Assembly: GCA_963666215.2 (NCBI GenBank)
Contig: CAXWPL010000002.1
Location: forward strand, 192,001 to 256,000
Reading direction: 5' to 3'
DNA: 64,000 bases
Origin: Acidobacteriota bacterium
GTDB taxonomy: Bacteria > Acidobacteriota > UBA890 > WLXD01
Below are positions 51,390 through 60,484 of the stretch, piece by piece. The position numbers and the translations under genes are program-made. The notes under the pieces were generated by a model. The model saw only the letters and a list, made by a program, of their open reading frames with translations, was not told the DNA's origin and searched no databases. Positions within the stretch are counted from its first letter, which is position 1, and every line of letters starts with the position of its first letter.

Positions 51390-51849
51390 GTCCCTCGTTC
51401 TTGCCCCACTCAAGCCATGCTCGTGCCATGCTCGCGTAGTCGCCGCGATCCGCATCGTTAACGGGATTGACTCTTGTAATCGCGCTAAGAGCCCAAAACC
51501 ATTGGTCTGGTTCGCTACCTTCGTCCCGAAGTTGTTGTAAAAGAAACGGAACAGCTCTCTCGCCCATGCCAATAATTTTCTGATAGGCGGGGCACATAAC
51601 CTCTTCGGTAATCGAAGAGATGGCTCGGCTCTGAGCTTTCCACTCCTGAACCAGGTCTTGGAACCTTAGCCAGGTCTCGGTCAGGGGATTCCCACCAATC
51701 TCAACCATAGAGACTGACTGCCTGGCATTGAACACTGGGGCAACGGTCTCGGAGGAGAATTCTTGCCTTGCCTGATCACCCTGCACGCAAAACAAATCAT
51801 AGGCACCTTGAACAACGGAAATAGATGGTGAAGAAGTAGTTGTGTACAT
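51379..51849 (-). CDS. Passenger ORF3: helical hypothetical protein with an S/T-rich N-terminal extension
   Basis: F..L..EW....SS....PAYQKIIGMG..AVP.LL..L...WFWAL.AIT..NPV...AWLEWG. AAGGGAG RBS. Confidence 0.85.
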   Translation of the reverse strand: MYTTTSSPSISVVQGAYDLFCVQGDQARQEFSSETVAPVFNARQSVSMVEIGGNPLTETWLRFQDLVQEWKAQSRAISSITEEVMCPAYQKIIGMGERAVPFLLQQLRDEGSEPDQWFWALSAITRVNPVNDADRGDYASMARAWLEWGKNEGHVW

Positions 51850-51875
51850 GTAGAGTAGCTTCTCCCTTACACCTT

Positions 51876-52151
51876 CTAGTGAACTTCTGGAGAATCTGAC
51901 GCGCCCTTCTTGAGGTTCTCCGGTGAGTTCACGTCCACGACGTGACTCATCTTCACCGAGTACATGGGGTTCCCGTCATTGGCGTATCTGCCCACGGCAC
52001 GGAACACGCGAAGAACAATGATCTTTACCCTGAGAATCGACCCATCGTCAAGAACGGCTTCGCTCCAACGCTCTGTGGTCTCCCCGACCGCCACTTCGAC
52101 AGCATCGGACTGATGCTCCCCGAATTGGGCTTTGGTTTTCTTCTCTGTCAA
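51876..52151 (-). CDS. Passenger ORF2: small beta-rich hypothetical protein
   Basis: ERWSEAVLDDGSILRVK..V..V.R....Y..DGNPMYSV. GGAGGG RBS before TTG. Confidence 0.8.
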   Translation of the reverse strand: MTEKKTKAQFGEHQSDAVEVAVGETTERWSEAVLDDGSILRVKIIVLRVFRAVGRYANDGNPMYSVKMSHVVDVNSPENLKKGASDSPEVH

Positions 52152-52169
52152 GAAAGGACACCCTCCGTT

Positions 52170-52403
52170 TTACCGATTCCCCCAACGAGCCGCCGCTGCC
52201 TTCCGCGCGATCTCCGACCGCCGTTCAGCCGACAGCGCCTTGGCACGCGCCTTCCCGCCCTTCAAACCGCCAGCTCGACGCGCAGGGACAGACCGGTCCG
52301 GTTGGAGTGTTTCGTGGATCTCTCCGGTGGCGATCTTGCCTACCGTTACAGCGCACCCGACCACGTCGGCGGGGCGCTTCTCTCCCCTCGGTCCTACCGG
52401 CAT
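52170..52403 (-). CDS. Passenger ORF1: small basic KGG-motif protein
   Basis: GPRGEKRPADV...IATGE...GGLKGGKARA..LS.ERRSEIARKAA.ARW. GAGGTGG RBS. Confidence 0.85.
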   Translation of the reverse strand: MPVGPRGEKRPADVVGCAVTVGKIATGEIHETLQPDRSVPARRAGGLKGGKARAKALSAERRSEIARKAAAARWGNR

Positions 52404-52743
52404 GTCCACCTCGTTCTCGACCCGAAGAACGGAAGCCCAGTACGTTCGTCCGGCACGATGTGACTTCGACGTTACATCGTGAAAGATCTCGAACACAATC
52501 GAGACTATAGCAATACGTTGCTACCTTCAAACTGAATTAATTCATATTTTCAAACTGACGCACTACCGACGATGAGAGGGTCTTGCGGTCGCCGCGAGCG
52601 AGGGCCCGCAATTGTTGTCTTGGAGACGGCCATATCAATCTTGGCTCGCTCGCGTCGATCTGTTAGGCTGCCAGCTCTTGGCGGCTGGGGTGCCAGGCTA
52701 CTGACTTAGCTATCACGCAGTGACACAGCAGGGGAGTCGGTTC

Positions 52744-53037
52744 ATGACGTACATCATCGCCGAGCCGTGCATCGGGGTCATGGACCAAGCGTGCGTCGAA
52801 GTGTGCCCTGTCGATTGCATCTACAAGATCGAGGACGGGGTCAGCGCTAACGGCGTGAAGGCCCCCGAGGGCAAGGAAAAGATGCTCTATATCCATCCAG
52901 AAGAGTGCATCGACTGCGGCGCCTGCGAGCCGGTCTGCCCCGTCGACGCAATCTTCATGGATGAAGAAGTGCCCGACCAGTGGGACAGCTACATCGAGCT
53001 CAACTACGTGCTTTCGGAGATCCCGTTCGAGGGCTGA
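52744..53037 (+). CDS. fdxA: 7Fe-type ([3Fe-4S][4Fe-4S]) ferredoxin
   Basis: PC...[12 protein letters not shown] and [13 protein letters not shown]. Confidence 0.93.
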   Translation: MTYIIAEPCIGVMDQACVEVCPVDCIYKIEDGVSANGVKAPEGKEKMLYIHPEECIDCGACEPVCPVDAIFMDEEVPDQWDSYIELNYVLSEIPFEG

Positions 53038-53075
53038 GCTCAGCGCCGAGCCCTAGAGGCTGCGCGCGTGCTTGA

Positions 53076-53114
53076 CAATCGCTAAGGGCCGGGGTGGCAA
53101 CGCCTCGGCTCTTC
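53076..53114 (+). terminator. Hairpin after the ferredoxin gene
   Basis: GGGCCGGGGTG-GCAA-CGCCTCGGCTC (GNRA loop) followed by TT. Confidence 0.45.
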
Positions 53115-53419
53115 GTGCGTCCGGCCGCGTAGCTCTCGATGCCGATCGTCATCGCGCTCCGCCGCCAGGCCAGCAGGGGGGCTCGCCCCTCAGTTAGCCG
53201 CGTCTCAGTATCGGTGTCTCCGCGGTGTCGAGCGTTTCGGCGCTCCGTCCCGCGAGAGTCCGCGCGTGACGCCGGGGCCATCGAGCGAGTAGCCTAGTAA
53301 CCGGGGCAGGGGCGCCCCGCTGGCGACGATGGCCGAGGTCGCGCGACCTCACTCGATGTGAGCAGCGCGCCACGCGCCGCCACGAGCACACCACACCGTG
53401 GGAGGCGAGGGAGCTTCGC

Positions 53420-54067
53420 ATGAATGCGTGGGGGAATCGCTCGCGGGTCTGGCGGACCTGCCTGACGGGTTTGATCTGTGCCTGCCTACTGCTACCGGTC
53501 GCCGAAGCGGCGGCTCAGGCGAGTGGTGGCTTCGGCGTCAAGGCTGGCCTGCAATGGGCCGACTTCCGAGGCGACGGCACCGGCGAGGTTGCTGAGGTGA
53601 AGCGTGCCTCCGGGCTGTCGATCGGTGCGGTCTTCACCAGGCGAGGCACCAAGTACGTGCTGCGACCCGAGATTCTCTACAGCAAACGGGTGCTCGATCT
53701 CGTCGGTGCCGACCCTGCCGGCGGGACGCAGCTCGAGGCAACCTACATCGAGGTGCCGGTGCTGCTGCGTGTAGGCGCTCCAATGGGATCGGCGAGCTCG
53801 ACCCCGGTGCTGCTCCTGGGTCCATACGCCGCCTATAAGCTCGACGTGAAGACCGTTGCATCCGGAGATGTTGGCGAGATCGACGTCTCGGACGACTTCG
53901 AGGACATCGACTACGGCCTGGTGTTGGGGGCGGGGATGGAGTTCGGTAGTTTCGCTGTCGACGCCCGTTATGTCATCGGCCTCCGGAAGCTCTTCACCGC
54001 GGTGGAAGGCGACCAGCCAGACATCAAGCACCGCGCGCTGGGGATCTTCGCGACCCTGAATCTCTAG
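53420..54067 (+). CDS. Outer-membrane beta-barrel (porin-family) protein
   Basis: Signal peptide, GFGVKAG, LRPEILYS, YIEVPVLL, DYGLVLGAG and DARY..GL. Confidence 0.85.
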   Translation: MNAWGNRSRVWRTCLTGLICACLLLPVAEAAAQASGGFGVKAGLQWADFRGDGTGEVAEVKRASGLSIGAVFTRRGTKYVLRPEILYSKRVLDLVGADPAGGTQLEATYIEVPVLLRVGAPMGSASSTPVLLLGPYAAYKLDVKTVASGDVGEIDVSDDFEDIDYGLVLGAGMEFGSFAVDARYVIGLRKLFTAVEGDQPDIKHRALGIFATLNL

Positions 54068-54112
54068 GCAGGTTCTCGGCGGCCTTGAGCGCCGGGGTTG
54101 GCGATTGACGAG

Positions 54113-54778
54113 TCAGCGACGATAGCCGGGCTCGATCGCTTCGGGTGCGTCGTCGAACAGGACTTCCACGCGGCTCGTGCCGGCTACGAAGCCGATGCGG
54201 AAGACCTGGAGGAATTCGCGCACCGGCGGCAACATGCTGATTTCCCCTTCGCCGCGACCAGCTTCGGCGAATGGCCCTTCGTGCGGCACCAGTGCGAGGC
54301 CGATGGTGATTTCGGGCTCCAACAGCTCGACGGCGCCGATCAAGTCGTCGACAGGCTGGTCACTGCGGGGCGCCGGATAGGGCAACAGGAGTTCGAACTC
54401 CTGAGCCTGATCGTTGACCGAGGACAGTGGTACTTGAAACAACAGACCTTGCTGGGCGTCGATCACGTAGGCGCGTTGGTTGACGCGAATCACGAACTCA
54501 CTGGCCGAAGGCGTGGTCCAGGCTTGGGCGCTCGCGCGACGCCCCTGCACGGTGGCGTGGCGGACCGCGAGCTGACGCAGCCGCAGGCGAACGAGCCAGC
54601 GCCTGGATGCAGCTTCGCCGTCCGCCTGCGACGAGGCCTGTGGGTGCTTCTGCAGCGCCCGACCGCCGCCAAGATCACGATCGGCGCTCGACCGTCCCGC
54701 AGTCGACGGCTGCCACACAGGCGTCCATAGCGACGCCAGCAGGAGGGCGACGAGGAGGGTCGGGCGTGCGACGATCAA
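54113..54778 (-). CDS. Hypothetical exported protein
   Basis: N-terminal hydrophobic signal. Follows the BON gene on the same strand. Confidence 0.6.
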   Translation of the reverse strand: MIVARPTLLVALLLASLWTPVWQPSTAGRSSADRDLGGGRALQKHPQASSQADGEAASRRWLVRLRLRQLAVRHATVQGRRASAQAWTTPSASEFVIRVNQRAYVIDAQQGLLFQVPLSSVNDQAQEFELLLPYPAPRSDQPVDDLIGAVELLEPEITIGLALVPHEGPFAEAGRGEGEISMLPPVREFLQVFRIGFVAGTSRVEVLFDDAPEAIEPGYRR

Positions 54779-54796
54779 AGGGTCAGAGTTGGCCGG

Positions 54797-55222
54797 TCAC
54801 GCGGAAAGCGGGTAGGCCAGCGCTCGGCGGTTCGATGCCGCGGACGAAGCATCGCTGACAGACTCGTCGGACACGTGGATCTGCAGGTCGTTCTGGACGC
54901 GTTCCACGCCGTCGACGCCACGCGCAATGAGCTCGGCCAGCTGCCGCTGCTCGGTTGTTGCCACCTTGCCGGCGAGCGTCACGACGCCGTTTTCGGCATC
55001 GACGTTGATGCCGCCGAACAGGGCGAAGTCCTTCTGCAGCGCCAGCGCCGCCTTGACCGAGGCGGCGACCTTGAGATCGCCTGCATAGCGGCCGGCAGCG
55101 TCGATGGACTCGCCGGTTTGCTTGCGCACCGAGTCCAGGTCGATTGCCCGATCGTTGAGCACAAACGTCAGCGCCACTCCGCTGACGAGACCGAACGCAA
55201 AGATGAACAGCTTGCCAAGCAT
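54797..55222 (-). CDS. BON domain (OsmY-like) protein
   Basis: D.KVAASVKAAL...INVDAENGVVTLAG.V...A..IARGVDGV..V.NDL. Confidence 0.9.
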   Translation of the reverse strand: MLGKLFIFAFGLVSGVALTFVLNDRAIDLDSVRKQTGESIDAAGRYAGDLKVAASVKAALALQKDFALFGGINVDAENGVVTLAGKVATTEQRQLAELIARGVDGVERVQNDLQIHVSDESVSDASSAASNRRALAYPLSA

Positions 55223-55429
55223 GTGAAGAACCCTCGTTTGCCCGGTTTTCGCGACGCCAGCAGTGTACATGACCCCGGCGGAGGTCTGGTGGGGTAGCGG
55301 CGTCAGGGAGGTGGTCCCGGAGTCGCGGGCGACGTGCCTGGCGATGCTCCACTTGCTACTGTGATTGGCACACTCTGCGCACCCGGACCCCCCTCTGTTT
55401 TCGCCCCTCTTGTGTGAAGGTCGTCGACC

Positions 55430-58400
55430 ATGGCTTCATCCACTCGCCGGCAGCTGTTCTGGCTGATGCCAGCGCTTCTTCTCCTCGGCGGCCTGCGGCT
55501 GTTGCCACAGATCTCCGACACCGTCGCCGTACAGGCGGCGCGCGATCGCGGTCAAGCTTCGTTCGAGGAGAAGCAGTACTCGGACGCGATCGACTCCTTC
55601 CGCAGTGTCGCCGAGTCGGGTGCGGCAACAGCTCAGGATTTGATGAACCTGTCGCTGGCGCTCTACAAGAACAACGACGATCCGGCAGCGCTCAACTACT
55701 TGCAGCAGGCGGAGCAACTCGACAGCAGACACCCCGGCTTGCCATACTTGCGCGGCATCATCCACAAGCGTCGTGGCGATTCCGAGCTGGCTCTCGTCGC
55801 TTTACAGCGAGCCGCCGAGCTCGATCCCACCGATCCGGCGATTCGCTTCAACCTCGGCACGGTGTTCGAGCAGCTCGAAAACCCGGCCGCCGAGGCGGAG
55901 CTCGAGGCGGTGATCGCCATGGGCTTCGACATCGGACTGCAGCACTATGTCTCGAGTCTCTATCGTCGTGCTGGAGCGTTACTCCGGGCCGGTGAACGTG
56001 ACGCGGCGACCGACTACCTCACGCGCTGGAGGCAGGAAAGTCCACGCCTCTCGCAGGCCGCCCAAGGGCAAGCGGCGCTCGAAGAAGGTCGCCATACGCG
56101 CATCCGTGTGCCGCGACTGAACGTTGCCGCGGCGATCCCCGAGAGCGCCGCGCGGATTCGCTGGCGGGTCGCCGATCTGCAAGCGTTGTCGACGCGCCCC
56201 GCCAGGGCTGCATCGGGGGTGGCGGCAGCGGCAGGCGTCGCGGTGTTGACCGGCGGCGACGGGAAGGCCGTAGTGATCGCGCTTGTGGGCGATTCGATTC
56301 GCGCGGCCGGAGTCAACGGGGAGGAGCTGGATCTGGGGCTGGAATTGCCGGGTCTCTCAGAAGGCGCACAGGGAGCCAGGTTAGACGGTGGCGCTTCGGT
56401 GGCCTTCGCGGTGGGCGACTTCGACGATGACCGGCTCGAGGACCTGGTTGTCGTGGCAGCTCGCAGCGCCGGCGACCAGTTGTATCGTCGCGGCACAACG
56501 CCCGAGGGGCAGCCGCAAGACAGCTTCGAACGTGTTATCGCCCAGGGCTTGCCGGGCGGTCGTGTCGCGAGCGCGTTGGTGTGGGTGGACGCCGACCATG
56601 ACGGCGACCTCGACCTGCTCAGCGCGCACACCGACGTTGCCTCGGGCCCCGGTTTGCGGCTACTCGACAACCTCGGGGGCGGCGCCTTCGAGGACGTCAC
56701 CTCGGTGGCGGGTCTCGACGCACCAGTGGCGACACGCGACATCCTGTGGGCCGACTTCGACAGCGACAACGACACCGACTTCTACGCAATTCGCTCGGAA
56801 GGCGCGAACGCGCTGTTCACCAATCTGCGCAACGGCCGTTTCGACGACATCGCCGTCGCCGTGGGCGCCTCGGGCCCGACGACAACGCTCGCCGCCGTGG
56901 CCGAGGACCTCGACAACGACGGTGCTCCCGATCTGGCGCTCGCCGGACCCCACGGGCTCACCCTGTTGCGAAACACGGGCGACGGGACCTTTCTACCGGT
57001 CAAAGCCGGGCTGGAACTGGGGGCTCTCGACACGATTCTGGCCGCCGACCTGAACAACGACGGCCATCTTGATCTGGTTGTTGGCGGCGCCGACGGGCCT
57101 CGTGTTCTGGTCAATCAGGGCAGCTGGCAGGCCGCCGATTCTCCGCCATCCGAGTTCATCGAGCCCTTCCGCGCGACTCGCCTGGAGCTGCCGCCCGATG
57201 CCACGCCGCTCCTGGCACGCGATGCCGATGGCAACGGTGGTGTGGACCTGTTGCTGTCTCGTTCACAAGACGGCTCGCTGGCCTGGTACCTACAGGAGGA
57301 ACCTGTCGGCTCGTGGTTGGCCCTTTCGCTTCAAGGCGACAAGAACAACGCTCTGGGCGTGGGCTCAACCGTCGAGGTCAAGGGCGGTGGCCTCTATCAA
57401 CTGCGCCAGCTGCGCCACAGTGAGCTGCACTTCGGCCTTGGAGCGCGCGATTCGCTCGATGTCGTTCGGATCACCTGGCCCAACGGGATCATCCAGAACG
57501 AGATAGGGCCGTCGGTGCCACAACGCCTGGGCCCGGTCGCCGAGCTGGAGCGGCTCGAAGGCTCCTGTCCGCTGCTCTACACCTGGGACGGTCACCAGTG
57601 GCGCTTCATCAACGAGGTGCTGGGCGTGGCACCGCTGGGCATGCCGCTCGGCAACGGTGAGGTCCACGCCGCCGATTATGACGAGTATGTTCCGGTGCCC
57701 GCCGAGGCTCTGAAGTCCCGCGACGGTTTTCTGGAGCTACGTTTCACCGAGGAGCTGCGCGAAACGGGCTATCTCGATGCCGTGCGCCTGCTGGCCCTCG
57801 ATCACCCGGCGGACCTGCAGCTCTACCCCGACGAGAAGTTCGTGGCGCCGCCGCACCCGGAGTTCTCTGTCTACGCCCTGCGCGAGCCGCTGCCCGTGAC
57901 CGCGATCGACCAGCGGCAGCGCGATTGGAGCGCCGAGCTCGCGGCGGTGGATGAGAGCTGGGCGGTGCCGTTCGAGCGCGCGCCTTACGACGGTTTGGCC
58001 ACTCGGCATCACTTGGAGTTGAGCCTCCCCGAGGCGTCCGGCGGCAGCGAAGCCGACGAGCAGGTCGTGCTCTTTCTCACAGGGTGGGTTTACTGGGCAA
58101 CCGGTAGCTCGAACGTCGCTGTTGCCGACGACCCGCGTTACGACTTCGAGCCGGTATCGCTGCAGGTGCCCGACGGACAGGGGGGCTGGCGTGTGGCAAT
58201 CAACGACATCGGCATTCCAAACGCCAAGAACTCCACAGTCGTCGTCGATCTCACCGAGCACTTGCGGCGCGGCGACCCTCGTGTGCGCATCTCGACAACG
58301 CTCCTGCTGTACTGGGATGCCGCTCGTTACGCGGTGGGTGGCGGCGCGGCGCATCTGTTTCCGGATTCGCCCACGGGTGCCGGTTCGGCGGGCTCCGGGT

Positions 58401-58975
58401 GGCTCGAGGCGTACGGCGTGCCGCGCCCCGGCCCGGTCTCTCTGCTGCGATCGGACGTGGCAGGCCAACAGCCCTTGGAGGCCCGTATGCACGCACTCGC
58501 GCCGCTCGATGCCGACCTGCAATTCCGCGGCTTCTCGCGCCTGCTACGCACCACGGAGGGCTACGAGCGCTTCGACTACGACACCGTGCTGGCTGGCGCT
58601 CCGTGGGACCAGCACCGTGGTCACTACACTCGCTACGGCGGGGTGGGCGAGCTGTTGCAGGTAGCGGATGACCGTTTCGTCATTCTGGGGACGGGTGACG
58701 AGGTGGCCATCCGCTTCGAAGACTCGCTGCCCGAGCTGCCCGCCGGCTGGCGGCGCGACTGGCTCGTCTATCTCAACGGCTGGGTCAAGGACGGCGACCC
58801 GAATACGCTGCACGGCGATCGTGTGGAGCCGTTGCCGTTCCACGCGATGAGCGCCTACCCTTACGGACCCGATGAGCTTTACCCGGATACTGCGGAGCAC
58901 CGCGCCTATCAGCTCGACTACAACACGCGGCCGGCTCGGCGGATCAACCCCCGGCTAGCTCTCGAAGACTACTGA
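55430..58975 (+). CDS. TPR plus FG-GAP/VCBS repeats plus ASPIC/UnbV (CRTAC1-like) exported protein
   Basis: N-terminal TPRs, repeated DxDxDGxxDL calcium blades, LHFGLG...VRITWPNG and GSCP.LY.WDG. Confidence 0.9.
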   Translation: MASSTRRQLFWLMPALLLLGGLRLLPQISDTVAVQAARDRGQASFEEKQYSDAIDSFRSVAESGAATAQDLMNLSLALYKNNDDPAALNYLQQAEQLDSRHPGLPYLRGIIHKRRGDSELALVALQRAAELDPTDPAIRFNLGTVFEQLENPAAEAELEAVIAMGFDIGLQHYVSSLYRRAGALLRAGERDAATDYLTRWRQESPRLSQAAQGQAALEEGRHTRIRVPRLNVAAAIPESAARIRWRVADLQALSTRPARAASGVAAAAGVAVLTGGDGKAVVIALVGDSIRAAGVNGEELDLGLELPGLSEGAQGARLDGGASVAFAVGDFDDDRLEDLVVVAARSAGDQLYRRGTTPEGQPQDSFERVIAQGLPGGRVASALVWVDADHDGDLDLLSAHTDVASGPGLRLLDNLGGGAFEDVTSVAGLDAPVATRDILWADFDSDNDTDFYAIRSEGANALFTNLRNGRFDDIAVAVGASGPTTTLAAVAEDLDNDGAPDLALAGPHGLTLLRNTGDGTFLPVKAGLELGALDTILAADLNNDGHLDLVVGGADGPRVLVNQGSWQAADSPPSEFIEPFRATRLELPPDATPLLARDADGNGGVDLLLSRSQDGSLAWYLQEEPVGSWLALSLQGDKNNALGVGSTVEVKGGGLYQLRQLRHSELHFGLGARDSLDVVRITWPNGIIQNEIGPSVPQRLGPVAELERLEGSCPLLYTWDGHQWRFINEVLGVAPLGMPLGNGEVHAADYDEYVPVPAEALKSRDGFLELRFTEELRETGYLDAVRLLALDHPADLQLYPDEKFVAPPHPEFSVYALREPLPVTAIDQRQRDWSAELAAVDESWAVPFERAPYDGLATRHHLELSLPEASGGSEADEQVVLFLTGWVYWATGSSNVAVADDPRYDFEPVSLQVPDGQGGWRVAINDIGIPNAKNSTVVVDLTEHLRRGDPRVRISTTLLLYWDAARYAVGGGAAHLFPDSPTGAGSAGSGWLEAYGVPRPGPVSLLRSDVAGQQPLEARMHALAPLDADLQFRGFSRLLRTTEGYERFDYDTVLAGAPWDQHRGHYTRYGGVGELLQVADDRFVILGTGDEVAIRFEDSLPELPAGWRRDWLVYLNGWVKDGDPNTLHGDRVEPLPFHAMSAYPYGPDELYPDTAEHRAYQLDYNTRPARRINPRLALEDY

Positions 58976-58982
58976 GCGATCG

Positions 58983-59558
58983 CTACACCGAACACGACGA
59001 GTCGTTTGCCGGCCTGATGCGTTCGTAGCACTCGAAGGTGAAGGCGAAGGCGTGGCTATCGTCGGACTCGTGATGCTCCTGGCAGGTTAGCTTCCAGGCC
59101 GACAGATCGATCGGGGGGAAGGATGTGTCGCCTTGCGGTGCGGCATGTACGCGCGTCAGCGACAGTCGGTCGGCAATGGGCAGCGTCGACTCGTAGACAC
59201 GCGCGCCGCCCACAACGAACAGCTCGGGGTCGTTGGCGGCGAGTTCCAGGACCTGCTGAATCGTTGCCGCGGTCGCCAATGTGGCCACGGTGTCCGCTGA
59301 TCCCACTGCTTCCGCGTCAAGGTTCTGGCGGGCGAGCCAGCTCGGATCGCTGGTCAGTACCAAGGTCCGACGCCCTGGCAGGGGGCGGCCGATCGATTCG
59401 TAGGTCAGCCGCCCCATCAGCAGCGTGTGCCCGAGGGTCAGCGCTTTGAAGCGGCGCAGGTCCTCCGGCAGTCTCCACGGCAACGCGTTATCGCGGCCGA
59501 TCACCCCGTTGTCGGCGATCGCGGCGACCAGCGTCACGCGTGGTCGCCGGCAGCTCAT
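58983..59558 (-). CDS. folA: Dihydrofolate reductase
   Basis: [31 protein letters not shown] and VGGA.VY. ATGA overlap with thyA. Confidence 0.95.
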   Translation of the reverse strand: MSCRRPRVTLVAAIADNGVIGRDNALPWRLPEDLRRFKALTLGHTLLMGRLTYESIGRPLPGRRTLVLTSDPSWLARQNLDAEAVGSADTVATLATAATIQQVLELAANDPELFVVGGARVYESTLPIADRLSLTRVHAAPQGDTSFPPIDLSAWKLTCQEHHESDDSHAFAFTFECYERIRPANDSSCSV

Positions 59559-60349
59559 ACCGCCACGGGCGCCTTGATGTGCGGGTGCGGGTCGTAGTCG
59601 CGTAGCCCGATGTCTTCGTAGCGAAAACCGTCCAGCTCGTCCACGTCCGGGGCGAGCCAAAGGCGCGGCAGTTGTCGGGGCTCGCGCGTCAGCTGTTCGG
59701 TGGCCTGTTCGAAGTGGTTGCTGTACAGGTGGGCGTCTCCAAGAGTGAACACGAAGTCGCCCGGCGCGAGCTCGGTGGCTTGCGCCACCATGAGCGTCAG
59801 CAGCGCATACGACGCGATGTTGAACGGCACGCCAAGAAAGATGTCGCCGCTGCGCTGGTACAGCTGGCATGACAGCCGGCCCTCGCGTACGTAGAACTGA
59901 AAGAGCACGTGGCACGGCGGCAACGCCATCTGCTCGATTTGGCCGACGTTCCACGCCGATACGATCAGCCGGCGGGAGTCGGGGTTGTTGCGGATCTCGT
60001 CGACGACCCAGCCAACCTGATCGATGCTGCCACCATCGGCCGTGGGCCAGGAGCGCCACTGATACCCGTAAATCGGCCCCAGGTCGCCATCCGGGCCGGC
60101 CCACTCGTCCCAGATGCGCACTCCGTGCTTCTGCAGGTCGCCGACGTTGCGGCCGCCGTGCAGGAACCAGAGGAGTTCGTGAACAATCGACTTGAAGTGC
60201 AGCTTCTTGGTGGTCAGCAGCGGGAAGCCCTGGGCCAGGTTGAAGCGCAGCTGATGTCCGAACAGGCTTCGTGTCCCGGTCCCCGTTCGGTCGGACTTCA
60301 CCGCGCCCTGTTCGAGGACGGTGCGCATCAAGTCGAGGTAAGGTTGCAT
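59555..60349 (-). CDS. thyA: Thymidylate synthase
   Basis: DRTGTGT, MALPPCH, YQRSGD.FLGVPFN and GDAHLY.NH. Confidence 0.97.
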   Translation of the reverse strand: MQPYLDLMRTVLEQGAVKSDRTGTGTRSLFGHQLRFNLAQGFPLLTTKKLHFKSIVHELLWFLHGGRNVGDLQKHGVRIWDEWAGPDGDLGPIYGYQWRSWPTADGGSIDQVGWVVDEIRNNPDSRRLIVSAWNVGQIEQMALPPCHVLFQFYVREGRLSCQLYQRSGDIFLGVPFNIASYALLTLMVAQATELAPGDFVFTLGDAHLYSNHFEQATEQLTREPRQLPRLWLAPDVDELDGFRYEDIGLRDYDPHPHIKAPVAV

Positions 60350-60484
60350 CGCTCGCATTGTCGCACGGGCAAGACAGCGTTGCGCCTTGACCTAGCCCGG
60401 ACTAGCGTCGATTCGCCGGTCGCGCCCACCCCACGCAACGCGGTTTCGATCGCGCCCGGCGCGACCCGCGCCGCTGGCTCACGC

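Larger units (their letters stand above)
49977..52567 (-). mobile_element. IS1-family (ISMhu11-like) transporter IS with four passenger ORFs, 2591 bp
   Basis: Perfect 20-bp IRs GGTAGTGCGTCAGTTTGAAA (49977-49996, inverted at 52548-52567). 8-bp TSD GACGATGA at 49969-49976 and 52568-52575. Interior visibly more AT-rich than the flanks. Confidence 0.95.

Noticed and set aside
51390-51572. Longer 221-aa version of the Cys/His cargo ORF
   Set aside because: The extension overlaps ORF3 out of frame. ATG 51389 gives a coupled start.
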